A stretch of DNA of 41,411 nt from a virus (Duplodnaviria > Caudoviricetes): the IMG/VR virus record IMGVR_UViG_3300017540_000007, positions 1 through 41,411 of that record; one strand, written 5' to 3'. The notes beneath the pieces were generated by a model. That model searched no databases, was not told the origin of the DNA, and saw nothing but the letters and a program-made list of their open reading frames with translations. Of the stretch, positions 25,106 through 35,518 are shown one piece after another. A program made the translations under genes and the position numbers. Each line of letters opens with the position of its first letter. Position 1 is the stretch's first letter.

Positions 25106-25434
25106 GATTCTTGCCACTCTTTTTATATGGAAATCAACAGGTGGGAAGCGACCAACTGAACAATGCCGTTTATGAATTAGTACAAACGGGGAAGTCAGAA
25201 GGTCGCTTTTCTTCTTGGACAGCTGAAGAGATAGCCTTAGATAAGCGTGAGGTGACGTTAAACAACAAAAAAATCATTACTCGAGCTTCTAAGGCTACAT
25301 TACAACAGGTTGAAAAGGTGAAAATTGACGGAATGTATTACAGCATTCAGGAAATAAAGGGCGATGGCTTTTCAAGATGGAGAATTCTAATTGTTAATCG
25401 CTATGGAAGTGAAAGCCTTGAGAATAGAAATTAG
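25102..25434 (+). CDS. Head closure / head-tail joining protein
   Basis: GSDQLNN, VKIDGMYYSI; synteny. Confidence 0.7.
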   Translation: MRFLPLFLYGNQQVGSDQLNNAVYELVQTGKSEGRFSSWTAEEIALDKREVTLNNKKIITRASKATLQQVEKVKIDGMYYSIQEIKGDGFSRWRILIVNRYGSESLENRN

Positions 25435-25765
25435 TGGTTCGGATGAACTTGCTCGAAAGCTGATGGAAAAAAGCCAAACTGATTTTGATGAAATTGCACA
25501 GAAGAATGCACGCGATATTTTTACAAGGTCACAGCAACCTGGAGGAACTCCGGTTGATACTGCTCAATTAAGATTATCAATGCGATATCAAGGAGATCAA
25601 ACGGGATATGGTGTCCATTATGCACCTCACGTGGAATATGGCCACAGGTTAGTAAGAGCCGGACGTACCGTGGGCTATGTTCCAGGACAATATTATTTAA
25701 AACGTAATGTTGACACGCAACGCCCGATTTATAAGCAAGACCTTTTAAATAAAATAAGGGAGTAA
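25403..25765 (+). CDS. HK97 gp10-like neck/tail protein
   Basis: TPVDTAQLRLS, YAPHVEYGHR; start uncertain (25403 or 25418). Confidence 0.85.
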   Translation: MEVKALRIEISGSDELARKLMEKSQTDFDEIAQKNARDIFTRSQQPGGTPVDTAQLRLSMRYQGDQTGYGVHYAPHVEYGHRLVRAGRTVGYVPGQYYLKRNVDTQRPIYKQDLLNKIRE

Positions 25766-25769
25766 GACT

Positions 25770-26177
25770 ATGCTACAAAAATTATCTTTTATCTCTGTTC
25801 TTGCTGCTGTAATAGATAAAGTAGAGGGCAATACGGGATTGAAGTGCTATGATGCCGTACCAAAAGATGCTACCTTACCTTTTTATCATGCAGAAATGCT
25901 TGGATCCATACCGGAAAAAAGCAAGACCATGCAAAAGGATAGGTACCAGGTTGTTGTTCATGCGTTTACAGAGGGTGAAGGCTCTACGAAAGTGTTTGAA
26001 GCCATTCAGAAACTTGAAGAAGCTTTATCAGAGGATATCATTCTTCCAAGTGATTATGAGGTTACTCTTCAGGTGCCGAACGGAGTTTCACAAATACTTG
26101 ATGAAGCAGACGGTTCTAAACATGCAGTTGTCGGCTTTGATTTCGTCGTTTTCTCAGGCTACAAAATGAAAATATAG
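25770..26177 (+). CDS. Tail terminator protein
   Basis: CYDAVP.DA.LPFY pattern; precedes the major tail gene. Confidence 0.75.
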   Translation: MLQKLSFISVLAAVIDKVEGNTGLKCYDAVPKDATLPFYHAEMLGSIPEKSKTMQKDRYQVVVHAFTEGEGSTKVFEAIQKLEEALSEDIILPSDYEVTLQVPNGVSQILDEADGSKHAVVGFDFVVFSGYKMKI

Positions 26178-26188
26178 GAGGGTTTTGA

Positions 26189-26662
26189 ATGAGCCAAGAA
26201 TTATACACACAATTAAACGGCCAATTAAATAAAGCGATTGCCGGAAAAGATATTCTTTTGTCCATTTGGGACCAAACAGGAAGTAATTTACTAGCAATCG
26301 CAGGTCAACAAGGTCTTACGATTAATCGTGATAAAGATACAATCGAGGTAACATCAAAGGATTCCGAGGGCTGGAAACAGTTTGTTGTTGGTTTAAAGGA
26401 ATGGTCAATCGATAACGATGGTGTTTATGTTCGAGATCATGCATCTCATAAAAAACTGAAAGACCTATTTGATGGTGACGAGCCATTTTTAATCAAGGTC
26501 ACAAATCGAAAAGCTAAGACTGATATGTTTGGCGGATTAGCCTTACTAACTTCATATCCACTTGAGGCCCCGTTTGACGATGCAGTTACCTATACGATTT
26601 CGCTTCAAGGCACAGGAGCTTTAGTAGATTTAGAAGATGCACCTATTGCACCAGTAGTTTAA
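26189..26662 (+). CDS. Major tail protein, TP901-1 family
   Basis: AIAGQQGLTINR..DTIEVTSKDS.GW...GLKEWSIDNDG; TYTISLQGTGAL. Confidence 0.92.
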   Translation: MSQELYTQLNGQLNKAIAGKDILLSIWDQTGSNLLAIAGQQGLTINRDKDTIEVTSKDSEGWKQFVVGLKEWSIDNDGVYVRDHASHKKLKDLFDGDEPFLIKVTNRKAKTDMFGGLALLTSYPLEAPFDDAVTYTISLQGTGALVDLEDAPIAPVV

Positions 26663-26677
26663 GGAAGGGGAGATTAA

Positions 26678-26980
26678 ATGTTTACAGTTGATGGAGTAAT
26701 TTACACTCTTAAATATAATAAACAAAAATTAAAGACCATCGAGCTAGTGACAAAAACTAGCGTTGTAGGTGAAGTAACAAAAAATAACGGCATTATGCCT
26801 TACGCAACATTAGAATCACTATTCTCATTTGCTTTAGTTGAAGAATCGAGTAATGAAGTTGTGAAGCAGAGTAAAGCAATTGAAATGTTTGACAAGGTTG
26901 TTGAAGAGAACGGATTAATTACTGTAAATATGGCTATTGTTGAAAAATTACAAGATGACTTGGGTTTTATGTTCCGTTAG
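26678..26980 (+). CDS. Tail assembly chaperone (gpG-like)
   Basis: Between major tail and tape measure genes; ends with slippery G GGT TTT. Confidence 0.8.
   Translation: MFTVDGVIYTLKYNKQKLKTIELVTKTSVVGEVTKNNGIMPYATLESLFSFALVEESSNEVVKQSKAIEMFDKVVEENGLITVNMAIVEKLQDDLGFMFR
26962..26968 (+). other. -1 programmed frameshift site GGGTTTT (G/GT chaperone)
   Basis: In-frame X XXY YYZ heptamer; the -1 frame is open into the ORF ending 27411. Confidence 0.8.
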
Positions 26981-26997
26981 AGCTAATCGAAAGTGAT

Positions 26998-27411
26998 TTG
27001 CCTAACGATTACGATCCAACTCCTGCTGATATTCGAAAAGCTGAATTAGCTAAGGACTTTTCTTATGAAAGGGACTTAGCTTTTTTTATTGTGCAAATAG
27101 GGATGTCTCATAAGGAATTCAATACATTGACTGAAAAAGAAAAGCTGTTCATTCGAAAAGAGCATGAAAATAAATTTCTTCATGACATGACATGGTTCAG
27201 AAACGCTGTGTTAAATGCAGAGGGTAATGCCAATCGGAAAAAAGGTAAGAAATTTATTGATTTATTTCCGAAAAAGGCACCAAAGGCAGACAAGGAATAC
27301 AACGAGGATGCTGTACAAACGATACTCGAAATAGAAATTAAGAATGGTAAGTCATGGGTTGAAAAAGTGTACAGAGCGAATGGTGTGTCTCCTCAGAAGG
27401 GAGGTCAATAG
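26998..27411 (+). CDS. Tail assembly chaperone C-terminal frameshift extension (gpT-like)
   Basis: No good RBS; reached by -1 slip at 26962-26968. Confidence 0.8.
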   Translation: MPNDYDPTPADIRKAELAKDFSYERDLAFFIVQIGMSHKEFNTLTEKEKLFIRKEHENKFLHDMTWFRNAVLNAEGNANRKKGKKFIDLFPKKAPKADKEYNEDAVQTILEIEIKNGKSWVEKVYRANGVSPQKGGQ

Positions 27412-30400
27412 ATGGCAGATTATACGTTAAGCGCCAAAATTACAGGTGATGCGAATAGTTTTACTAGTGCGTTTCAAAGTGCAAATGATACGTTAAATAA
27501 TATGTCTGAAAAAGTAAAAGCAGTAGGAGACAAAGTAAGTAACTTTGGCAAACAGACAGCAATGGCTGGTGCTGGAATTACTGCAGGTATAACTACTCCT
27601 TTTTTAGTAGCTCTTAAAACTACTGCCGACTTTGACACGGCTATGCGAAAAGCTGGAGCTATCGCAGGTGCAAGTGCAACAGAGTTAGATGCAATGACTC
27701 AATCAGCTTTAAAGCTCGGTGCCAGTACATCTCTCTCAAGTAGCCAAGTTGCAGTTGCCATGACAGAAATGGCTGCAAAAGGATTTGACGCGAACCAAGT
27801 TATCGGAGCTATGCCCGGTGTAATTGCAGCAGCTGAAGCATCAGGAGAAGATCTAGCGTTAGTATCCAATACAGTAGCGAGTGCTTTGAACGGATTCCAG
27901 ATGAAAGCAGCAGATTCCGGAAAAGTTGCTGATATTTTAGCTATGACTGCCAACAAAACAGCGGCAGGTATCGGTGATATGAGTTATGCATTCAAATATG
28001 CTGCAGCACCTGCTGCTTCTCTAGGAATTAGCATTGAAGAACTATCGGCAGCAACAGGTTTAATGGTTAATGCTGGTCTTGATGGAAGTCAGGCCGGGAC
28101 ATCTTTACGTATGTCTTTGATTAGATTAGCTAAGCCTACTGAGCAATCATCTAAAGCTATGGACCAATTAGGATTTTCAGCTATTGATGCAGACGGGAAC
28201 TTCAAACCACTGAATCAAATCATTGGTGAATTAAGTACCTCAATGGAAGGAATGACAGATGCTCAAAAGCTTTCCAATTTGGCAACAATATTCGGCGTTG
28301 AAGCTGCAACTGGAATGCTTGTCCTGTTAAACGAGGGGCAAGAAGGACTGAAGGGTTTAACTACTGAACTTGAAAATTCTGAAGGAGCAAGTGCTGCAGC
28401 AGCTGAACAAATGAAAGCAGGTATTGGAGGAGCTTTACAAAACTTATCAGGCGCGATTGAATCAGCGACAATCTCAGTGATGAGTCAACTTACACCATTC
28501 ATTGCAGAGTTAGCAAAGATGACTACGGGTCTTGTAGAAAAGTTTAATAGTTTAAGCGATGGCACAAAGAAAATGATCGCAATAGCTGCAGGTGTTTTAG
28601 CTGCTTTAGGTCCATTACTTGTTGTCTTTGGCCTTTTGACAATGGGGGTCGGTGGACTAGTTTCAGCCGTTGGATTTTTAATTGGCCCAGTGGGATTGGT
28701 TATAGCTGCTATAACAGCGCTAGCTGGAGCATTTGCTTATTTTATGATAACCAACGAGACGTTTAGAAACAACGTAATGACCGTATTCGATTTTATCAGG
28801 GACAAGATAACAGGCGTTGTGCAATCAATTATTCCAATCGTTCAATATTTATGGTCTACGATTCAACCGATTTTAGCAACTTTCGCAAGTTCTATTGCTA
28901 GTGCTTTCAGCAATGCCGGACCTGCAATTGTTTCAGCTTTAGGATCTATCGGTTCTCAAATAGCAGTGGTTTTCAAAGCGTTTTGGGATATCGTACAAGC
29001 GATTCTACCTATATTTACAACATTCTTTTCTAGCATTATCGGAGGTTTCCAATCGGCTGGAGGCGTGGGAAGTGGCTTTGCTATTCAGCTAGGTACGATG
29101 TTGCTAGGACTTAATCCAATTGTGAAAATTTTTATTGGCTTATTCCAGAATTTTGGTCCACAAATTACTGCAGCATTCCAACAAGTTGCATCGATGTTAA
29201 TTCCTATAGTAAGTACTATTGGTACGGCAATCGGTCAATTAGCAAGTGCGATAATTCCAATTGTCATGCAAGCAATTGCTATGTTGATTCCGATAGTCAT
29301 GCAATTAGGAATGACCTTTATGTCGATAATTTCGACGGTTCTCCCAATTGTAATTTCATTATTTAATCAACTGGTACCAATTATTATGGATGTTGTAAAG
29401 ATCGTGGCAGATATCATTGCTCAAGTTATACCGCTTGCAGGTGTTTTACTTAGTTCCTTGTTACCGGTAATTGAAAATGTAATAGTTGCATTCATGAATA
29501 TCGTTTCAACAGTCGCTCCAGCTTTAATTGCAATTATAAAGGCTATTATTCAAGTAATAAAAGCCTTGTTGCCAATCATAATGAGTATTCTTACAACGGT
29601 CGTACATGTTTTTGCAAATATTATTTCAGTGATTGGACCAATTGTTGCATATATAGCTGGGATTATTAATGCAATTATGGCTGTAATAGCTCCAATCGTT
29701 GCATATGTGGCCGGAATTATTTCAGCGATTGTAAGTACGATTCGTCCAATCATCGTAACGGTCACAGGGATATTTAACACTGTCTTTACTGTTGTCAGTG
29801 GAGTATTCAGAAATATTTCCACGTACATTGGTTCGGCAATAAATGGAATCAGTAAAATCATAAGCGGTTTATCAGCAATAGTATCAGGCGTATTTAATAC
29901 GATTTTCAGTACAATTTCTCGAATTATGGACAGTGTGTCTGATAAAATTTCAGGAGTTTTTAGTTCGATTCAAGGCGCATGGAATGGCTTAACTGCTTTT
30001 GTAAACGGAGTATTTAGCGGAATCTCAACAGCCGTAAGCAAATTAATAGGGCAAGTCAAAGGTTTTGTGAATGGAGTTATCGGAGGAGTCAATGCTGCCG
30101 TTGGGTTAATCAACAAAATTCCTGGTGTAAGCATTAGTAAGATTCCTTATCTTGCACGGGGTACAGATTACTGGCAAGGCGGATTTGCTCGAATAAATGA
30201 AGGTGGTCGTGGAGAACTTGTAAATCTTCCAAATGGTGCTCAAGTTATTCCGCACGATGTATCCATGCGCTATGCAAGAGAGGCAGCGAGAACAAACGAC
30301 GGGCAATCATCTAGTGGCTCATATGATAAAGATTTATTAGATAGCATCGTTCAAGTTGTATCAGACTTGGCAAACCGTCCTATCCATACTTCAGTGAATT

Positions 30401-30483
30401 TAGATGGTCGTCCTATTGCTAGTATCGTATCCACCCATCAAAACAGTAATATAAACATTAAAAGCAGAATGAGAGGGGTGTAA
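27412..30483 (+). CDS. Tape measure protein (TP901 family)
   Basis: TMP core (GLDGSQAGTSLR), amphipathic repeats, IPYLARG..INEGG.GELV.LP.G.QVIP. Confidence 0.95.
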   Translation: MADYTLSAKITGDANSFTSAFQSANDTLNNMSEKVKAVGDKVSNFGKQTAMAGAGITAGITTPFLVALKTTADFDTAMRKAGAIAGASATELDAMTQSALKLGASTSLSSSQVAVAMTEMAAKGFDANQVIGAMPGVIAAAEASGEDLALVSNTVASALNGFQMKAADSGKVADILAMTANKTAAGIGDMSYAFKYAAAPAASLGISIEELSAATGLMVNAGLDGSQAGTSLRMSLIRLAKPTEQSSKAMDQLGFSAIDADGNFKPLNQIIGELSTSMEGMTDAQKLSNLATIFGVEAATGMLVLLNEGQEGLKGLTTELENSEGASAAAAEQMKAGIGGALQNLSGAIESATISVMSQLTPFIAELAKMTTGLVEKFNSLSDGTKKMIAIAAGVLAALGPLLVVFGLLTMGVGGLVSAVGFLIGPVGLVIAAITALAGAFAYFMITNETFRNNVMTVFDFIRDKITGVVQSIIPIVQYLWSTIQPILATFASSIASAFSNAGPAIVSALGSIGSQIAVVFKAFWDIVQAILPIFTTFFSSIIGGFQSAGGVGSGFAIQLGTMLLGLNPIVKIFIGLFQNFGPQITAAFQQVASMLIPIVSTIGTAIGQLASAIIPIVMQAIAMLIPIVMQLGMTFMSIISTVLPIVISLFNQLVPIIMDVVKIVADIIAQVIPLAGVLLSSLLPVIENVIVAFMNIVSTVAPALIAIIKAIIQVIKALLPIIMSILTTVVHVFANIISVIGPIVAYIAGIINAIMAVIAPIVAYVAGIISAIVSTIRPIIVTVTGIFNTVFTVVSGVFRNISTYIGSAINGISKIISGLSAIVSGVFNTIFSTISRIMDSVSDKISGVFSSIQGAWNGLTAFVNGVFSGISTAVSKLIGQVKGFVNGVIGGVNAAVGLINKIPGVSISKIPYLARGTDYWQGGFARINEGGRGELVNLPNGAQVIPHDVSMRYAREAARTNDGQSSSGSYDKDLLDSIVQVVSDLANRPIHTSVNLDGRPIASIVSTHQNSNINIKSRMRGV

Positions 30484-30486
30484 GGG

Positions 30487-31245
30487 ATGAAAAGTGAGTT
30501 GAATTTTTATGACTCTAACTTTAATAAAATAGAGTTAGATGAACTTGAAGTATATGGCTACAATTTTTCCGTACCATCACCCTCTTATGCTATAGAATCT
30601 GTACGATTAGACAGTGGAGAAACGATTGTTGTTAATAAATTACTTAATACAAGAGAATTGGAAGCTGAGTTTTTAACGAACTCTGCAGATTTCAAAGATT
30701 CACTGGAACAAAAAACACTACTTTTTAAGCTACTTGGTAATGGGCAATCGTTTTATGTTGAAGAAATTCAACGACCGAATATCGTGTGGAAGTGCGAGCT
30801 TGGTGATTGGCTACCTGAACATATAACTCCAAGTGTGACTAGATTTGCTATACCGTTCACTTGCACATCTGGAGTTTCTCAAACAATCAATTTAGTGAAA
30901 CAAAAATTTATAGAATCATCTTTTATTTTTAAAAATGAAGGTGACTTAGCAATTGATCCAAGAGAAGCAAAATATGCTGAAACCGAAATCACATTCAATG
31001 GACCATCCACAAATTTGCATATTACTAATAAAACGACCGGCGAAACCTGGTCCTTTAATGGCTCAACAACAGCAGAAGATGAAATATCATTGAAAGGTGT
31101 TCGAGCGTTAAAGAATGAGGTAAGCATTTTTAAAAATTCAAATAAAACTATCCTATCCTTTTTGGTAGGAAATAATGAAATTGAGATAAGCGGTGCAAGT
31201 GGGGAATTTGAACTCACTATTAGCACACGCTTTTATTTTTTATAA
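30487..31245 (+). CDS. Distal tail protein (Dit)
   Basis: Follows the tape measure gene; NEGD..IDP, ITNKTTGE, GNNEIEI, C-terminal RFYFL. Confidence 0.85.
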   Translation: MKSELNFYDSNFNKIELDELEVYGYNFSVPSPSYAIESVRLDSGETIVVNKLLNTRELEAEFLTNSADFKDSLEQKTLLFKLLGNGQSFYVEEIQRPNIVWKCELGDWLPEHITPSVTRFAIPFTCTSGVSQTINLVKQKFIESSFIFKNEGDLAIDPREAKYAETEITFNGPSTNLHITNKTTGETWSFNGSTTAEDEISLKGVRALKNEVSIFKNSNKTILSFLVGNNEIEISGASGEFELTISTRFYFL

Positions 31246-31260
31246 AAGGGATGTGAAAGA

Positions 31261-34200
31261 ATGCAAATTCAAGAACCAATCGTTGTTGATGTTGATATTA
31301 AGAAAGCCAGTTATATCAATCAACCTCAAGTAACACAGAATGATAGCAACACTTTCCTTGTTAATGTTTTTGACAATGGAGAGCCAATAGATTTATCAAA
31401 TGTTACAACTGTAACGATAGCCCATACTCGACTTGACCGTAAAGTGATTGTGACGGGAGGAACGGTTGTCGAAGGTACAAATCAAGTTAAGTTTGTAGTA
31501 GACCGTCCAGAAACTTCGATTACAGGTCGAGTAGACGCAATTATTCAGTTGTATAATGCCGACAGTCGTATTTCTACACTAGCTTTTAATTACAAAGTAA
31601 ACAGTGATCCAACAAACAATTACATTCCTAGTGAGTCAGAGAGAACATTAATTGAAGTGGTATTAAATGATGGTCCTTTACGAATTCAGGAGGCAATTGA
31701 AGCAACCGAAAATGCTAATGTGGCAACTGAATCAGCGAATATAGCGACAACTGAAGCTGTTGCTCAAGCAAATTACGCAAAAGCTCAAGGAGATTATGCA
31801 AAAGTTGAAGCCTCCAATTTAGGGCAATTAAAATCAGATGTCGACAGTGCTACTCAAAATGCAATGACAGCCACTGCGAATACTAATGCGGCCATTGCAA
31901 ATGCCAATGCCTCTGCTATGACAGCTAACTCAGCAGCAACAAACGCTGATACAAAAGCAGCTCAATTAGAAGCACGAGTGAATGCAGCGATTGCAACGAC
32001 TACGAATAGTGCTGAAATTGTGGATGCTCGTGGAACACATACGACTTTAAAGAACCGTTTAGATGCTACGGATGCACAATTTGCTGATACATCTCGTGAA
32101 TCCGCTGTCTTAGGTCAAGGAATAGCGGTCATCACTAGTGAAGATACGCTAGCAGAAGTGGAAATTGAAGGACGTACGCTGGTACCTATGCAAAACAACG
32201 TACTGGACCCGTTAAAATACTATGTACTCGCTGACAAGAAGACAAAGTTAAAATGGGCAGACACGACTACTACAGCAGGGGTAGCGAAGTTTACAGCAAA
32301 AGCAGAAAAGCCTGGTGTTGTTCGCGTAGCGAACTTCGAAAACAAAGTAGCGGGAAGTACGGTAGAAAACCCGCATATTGCTAGACGAGTAGGCACGAAA
32401 GATACATTGCAACCCCCTACAGGTATATGGGCGGAGCTTACAAACGAAACAGGCACTACTAGCCAGGGGTACGGACCTTTGATGGCACTAGGGGGCGCTG
32501 TGAGTTTACAAGGCAACCCAACAAACGGCATACCTTCACAGCAAATGTTTTCTTTTAACCTACTAGAAGAAGTAGAGCGTAATATCGGACGCATACCACG
32601 CGCTACGACAGCCGATAAAGTGCAATGGTTGAAGGACAACTTAGCGAAATTAGTATGTAACTGGCATGGCTATGGATTTAGTGTAGGCGGTAATAAAGCC
32701 ACGTTAGGCGCGTGGAATGTAGCCAATGGTGCCTGGTCTGTGGTAGGTACTAACACTAATGCGAGCAGCTTAAGACTCACATTTACGGCGAGCATTGTTT
32801 CTAATTCAGTATGGATAACTAGTGATGGATTTTTACACCTTATAGCCTACGCGGAACCGTCCGACGGCGTAACAGGGTCAAACATTTACACAGACTACGT
32901 AGAGCTGGAAATCGAACTAAAACCCGAAGCCATTTTACACGACCCACGCGTACCGCTGTACGAAGTCCCAGACGATGAATACAACAAAATCCTAGTGGAT
33001 TGGGATGCAACCGAAGTGAAAAGACGTTACCCTGCCGTACAAGGTACACAACACTTACAAAATCCGTACATCCTAGCAGAAGGTGAAAACTTACTCCCAC
33101 CGTTTACAGAATGGACACTACATGCAAATGCAAAATTGATTAGTCCTTACGAGTTGGAGTTGAATGCGACAGGGAATACACAAGACAATAAAATTGAAGT
33201 ACCACTTATTGCAGGACAAATTTATAATATTAAGTCAGGTGGAACTCAAAGTGCCTATATTACTCATATAGATTCTAGTGGGGCTACCCTTTCAAGCGGT
33301 ACTGGTTTTATAAATGGTAATTTTAATATTCCTGCAAACGCTGTAAAAACACGAATTTCTTTAGGTAACGGTGCATCTGGTGCGGGGACTTGGACATGGA
33401 AACAACCTATGTTAACACTAGGATCAACGCCAAAACCATTCGTACCGAGAAATCCATCTTACTTATTTGCAGATGTGAAACTAGGTCAAATCAGTACAGT
33501 GAAAGATACCCTATTCAAACAAGATGGACGTTGGAAGATACGCAAAGTGGTTGAGAAGGATGTAGTGTTGGATGGTAGTTTAGCGTGGAATTACTTTGGT
33601 ACAAAAACTGGTATAAAAATAGCTCGTCTAGCATCGTTATTGAATCCATCTTCCAGTCATAGTATTAAAACTTCAGATATCACAAAATATAACGGAACTG
33701 TACTACAGTTTGCTGGATTCCTAGCTGATAATATCTTACTAAAAGACCAGTATATCTTTAGAAACGATGTTGGAGTATATGTGTCCATCTCCAACGATGA
33801 GAGTGGTTTACCAGAAGATATATCGCCATCACCAAACCAACTCAAAGCCTACTTTAATGGATGGAAGTACACAGGTGATGGGACAACGCATTCGTGGGTA
33901 AGCATTATAGACGGTACAACACTACCTGCGGAACAAACTACGACATATGTAGCTGCAACCAAAGCACCAAACTACACACCTTACAAGCTATCGTACCAAT
34001 TAGCTACACCTCAAATTGTGGATGTAACGGATAAGGTGGAAGGTGACATTAAGTTAAACGGATTAGCTCAAGTAACTATCGATGCGGGGTATAGACGAAC
34101 AGTAGTTGATGGGAAATCTTCTTGGACTAAGGGAACAAAAACTGACTTTACAACTAATCCGTTAAGCGTGAAGATGACATATGCCAATAACATCCGTAGT

Positions 34201-34311
34201 GCATTTAACGACACTATATCTAAAGTTGAAGATAATACAACAATGTTATCAGTCCACGAAAAAGCAATCATAGATTTATATGTCAGAGTCAAAGCATTGG
34301 AGGTTAAATGA
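31261..34311 (+). CDS. BppU-domain upper baseplate / tail fibre (receptor-binding) protein
   Basis: N-terminal QNDS.TF..NVFDNG.P.DL, Ala/Thr/Asn coiled coil, EIVDARG..TLKNRLD, beta-rich C-terminal domains. Confidence 0.85.
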   Translation: MQIQEPIVVDVDIKKASYINQPQVTQNDSNTFLVNVFDNGEPIDLSNVTTVTIAHTRLDRKVIVTGGTVVEGTNQVKFVVDRPETSITGRVDAIIQLYNADSRISTLAFNYKVNSDPTNNYIPSESERTLIEVVLNDGPLRIQEAIEATENANVATESANIATTEAVAQANYAKAQGDYAKVEASNLGQLKSDVDSATQNAMTATANTNAAIANANASAMTANSAATNADTKAAQLEARVNAAIATTTNSAEIVDARGTHTTLKNRLDATDAQFADTSRESAVLGQGIAVITSEDTLAEVEIEGRTLVPMQNNVLDPLKYYVLADKKTKLKWADTTTTAGVAKFTAKAEKPGVVRVANFENKVAGSTVENPHIARRVGTKDTLQPPTGIWAELTNETGTTSQGYGPLMALGGAVSLQGNPTNGIPSQQMFSFNLLEEVERNIGRIPRATTADKVQWLKDNLAKLVCNWHGYGFSVGGNKATLGAWNVANGAWSVVGTNTNASSLRLTFTASIVSNSVWITSDGFLHLIAYAEPSDGVTGSNIYTDYVELEIELKPEAILHDPRVPLYEVPDDEYNKILVDWDATEVKRRYPAVQGTQHLQNPYILAEGENLLPPFTEWTLHANAKLISPYELELNATGNTQDNKIEVPLIAGQIYNIKSGGTQSAYITHIDSSGATLSSGTGFINGNFNIPANAVKTRISLGNGASGAGTWTWKQPMLTLGSTPKPFVPRNPSYLFADVKLGQISTVKDTLFKQDGRWKIRKVVEKDVVLDGSLAWNYFGTKTGIKIARLASLLNPSSSHSIKTSDITKYNGTVLQFAGFLADNILLKDQYIFRNDVGVYVSISNDESGLPEDISPSPNQLKAYFNGWKYTGDGTTHSWVSIIDGTTLPAEQTTTYVAATKAPNYTPYKLSYQLATPQIVDVTDKVEGDIKLNGLAQVTIDAGYRRTVVDGKSSWTKGTKTDFTTNPLSVKMTYANNIRSAFNDTISKVEDNTTMLSVHEKAIIDLYVRVKALEVK

Positions 34312-34502
34312 TGCTCGAATTATTAATTGAACAGTTAATTTCAGAAGGTAAGATTTCACGAGAAGAAATCGATGCAAAAGTTGCAGAATTGAAAGCAGAA
34401 CAACCTCCAGTTGTGGAGGACATCGTTTCTCTAAAAAGAAGACAAGATGAAACAGAAAACACATTAGTTTTTATACTTGATATGACATTAGGAGGAATGT
34501 AG
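34308..34502 (+). CDS. Small tail-fibre-associated protein
   Basis: GGAGG RBS; coiled coil; follows the fibre gene. Confidence 0.65.
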   Translation: MMLELLIEQLISEGKISREEIDAKVAELKAEQPPVVEDIVSLKRRQDETENTLVFILDMTLGGM

Positions 34503-34503
34503 A

Positions 34504-34680
34504 ATGGCATCAGCAATTTACGGATTTGTATTAAACATGTGGATTATGCAAAAAATTAGTGCGGAAAAAGTTCAATCGTATGTACCGAAAGGAATCACAC
34601 AAGAGGAATGCGATATGATTCTTGCAACTCCTCAGGGTAATGAATACGACGTGCAACGAAATCCAGTTGTTGAATCTTAG
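34504..34680 (+). CDS. XkdX-like small protein
   Basis: AGGAGG RBS; MASAIYGFVLNMWIMQKISAEKVQSYVPKGITQEECDMILATPQ... Confidence 0.75.
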   Translation: MASAIYGFVLNMWIMQKISAEKVQSYVPKGITQEECDMILATPQGNEYDVQRNPVVES

Positions 34681-34730
34681 TTGCATATTGTTCGATAACT
34701 ACGAATTAACAAGATTAGTAGAATTTTGTT

Positions 34731-34758
34731 AAAGGTTATTCCTCTTTTTTGTCGAATT
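34731..34758 (+). promoter_or_regulatory. SigmaH-like moron promoter
   Basis: AAAGGTTATT-N10-GTCGAATT; same spacing as 16637. Confidence 0.5.
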
Positions 34759-34784
34759 TTAGATTTAAAAGGGAGGGGATTGTT

Positions 34785-35516
34785 ATCACTGTTGTTGTGT
34801 GTTACGGAGATAAATATCTAACTATAATTATGTCTGATGACAGAGTAAATTGTAATATATTTGGACGTCATATATATGAAGATGGACATACTAAATTAGT
34901 AGAATTACCTAACATGGGTTGGGCTAGCGGAGCTGGACTATCTGATTTTCTAGAGACTTTTAAAAAAGAACTTTCAAAGAGTACCGTTTTTAATATAGAG
35001 GAAATGGGTTCCATTTATAAAAAGATACTTGAAAAATCAAAGAAAAATCGACCTGATCTGTCTTCCTTTATAAGTAAGAGTGCGATAGTGGTATCATGGG
35101 TAGCAGTTCTAGAGGATGAATTATACTTAAGATTCGGAGTTTTCGAAGAGGAGAATTTTGATACAGAAATTGCAGTATGTGAATTTGGGAATTACTTAGT
35201 TTTATATCCCGGTGATTATTTGGATGATCAAGATAAAATAAAAAACGTTTCGGAGAAATATTTAAATTACGATAATTCCGAAGAAGAATCTTATGAGAAG
35301 ATTCTTTCTAGAATGTTTAGTATTTTCAATGAAATATCATCAAATTCAGAGCAGTGTAGTACTCATTGTGATGTTGGAATTCAGGTTGTTCAACCAACAG
35401 GTATATACAAAATTAAGTTTGGTGGGGAGATTAAAGAGTTAATTCTTTTATTAGATGAAGAAAAGCTTGATGAGAAATATGAACTGGTACAAGCCATTGA
35501 GTTTAAAAATAATTAA
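34785..35516 (+). CDS. Proteasome-beta/HslV-like Ntn-hydrolase moron (probable non-canonical ATC start; track start 34749)
   Basis: GGGAGGGG RBS before ATC; mature N-terminus T1..D17.R19..K36..G50. Confidence 0.65.
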   Translation: MTVVVCYGDKYLTIIMSDDRVNCNIFGRHIYEDGHTKLVELPNMGWASGAGLSDFLETFKKELSKSTVFNIEEMGSIYKKILEKSKKNRPDLSSFISKSAIVVSWVAVLEDELYLRFGVFEEENFDTEIAVCEFGNYLVLYPGDYLDDQDKIKNVSEKYLNYDNSEEESYEKILSRMFSIFNEISSNSEQCSTHCDVGIQVVQPTGIYKIKFGGEIKELILLLDEEKLDEKYELVQAIEFKNN

Positions 35517-35518
35517 AC

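Noticed and set aside
24431-26671. Near-identical 3' ends of capsid and major tail genes (ATTGCwCCAGyAGTTTAAG) as frameshift sites for Ig-like extensions
   Set aside because: The +1, -1 and read-through frames all stop within a few codons in both genes
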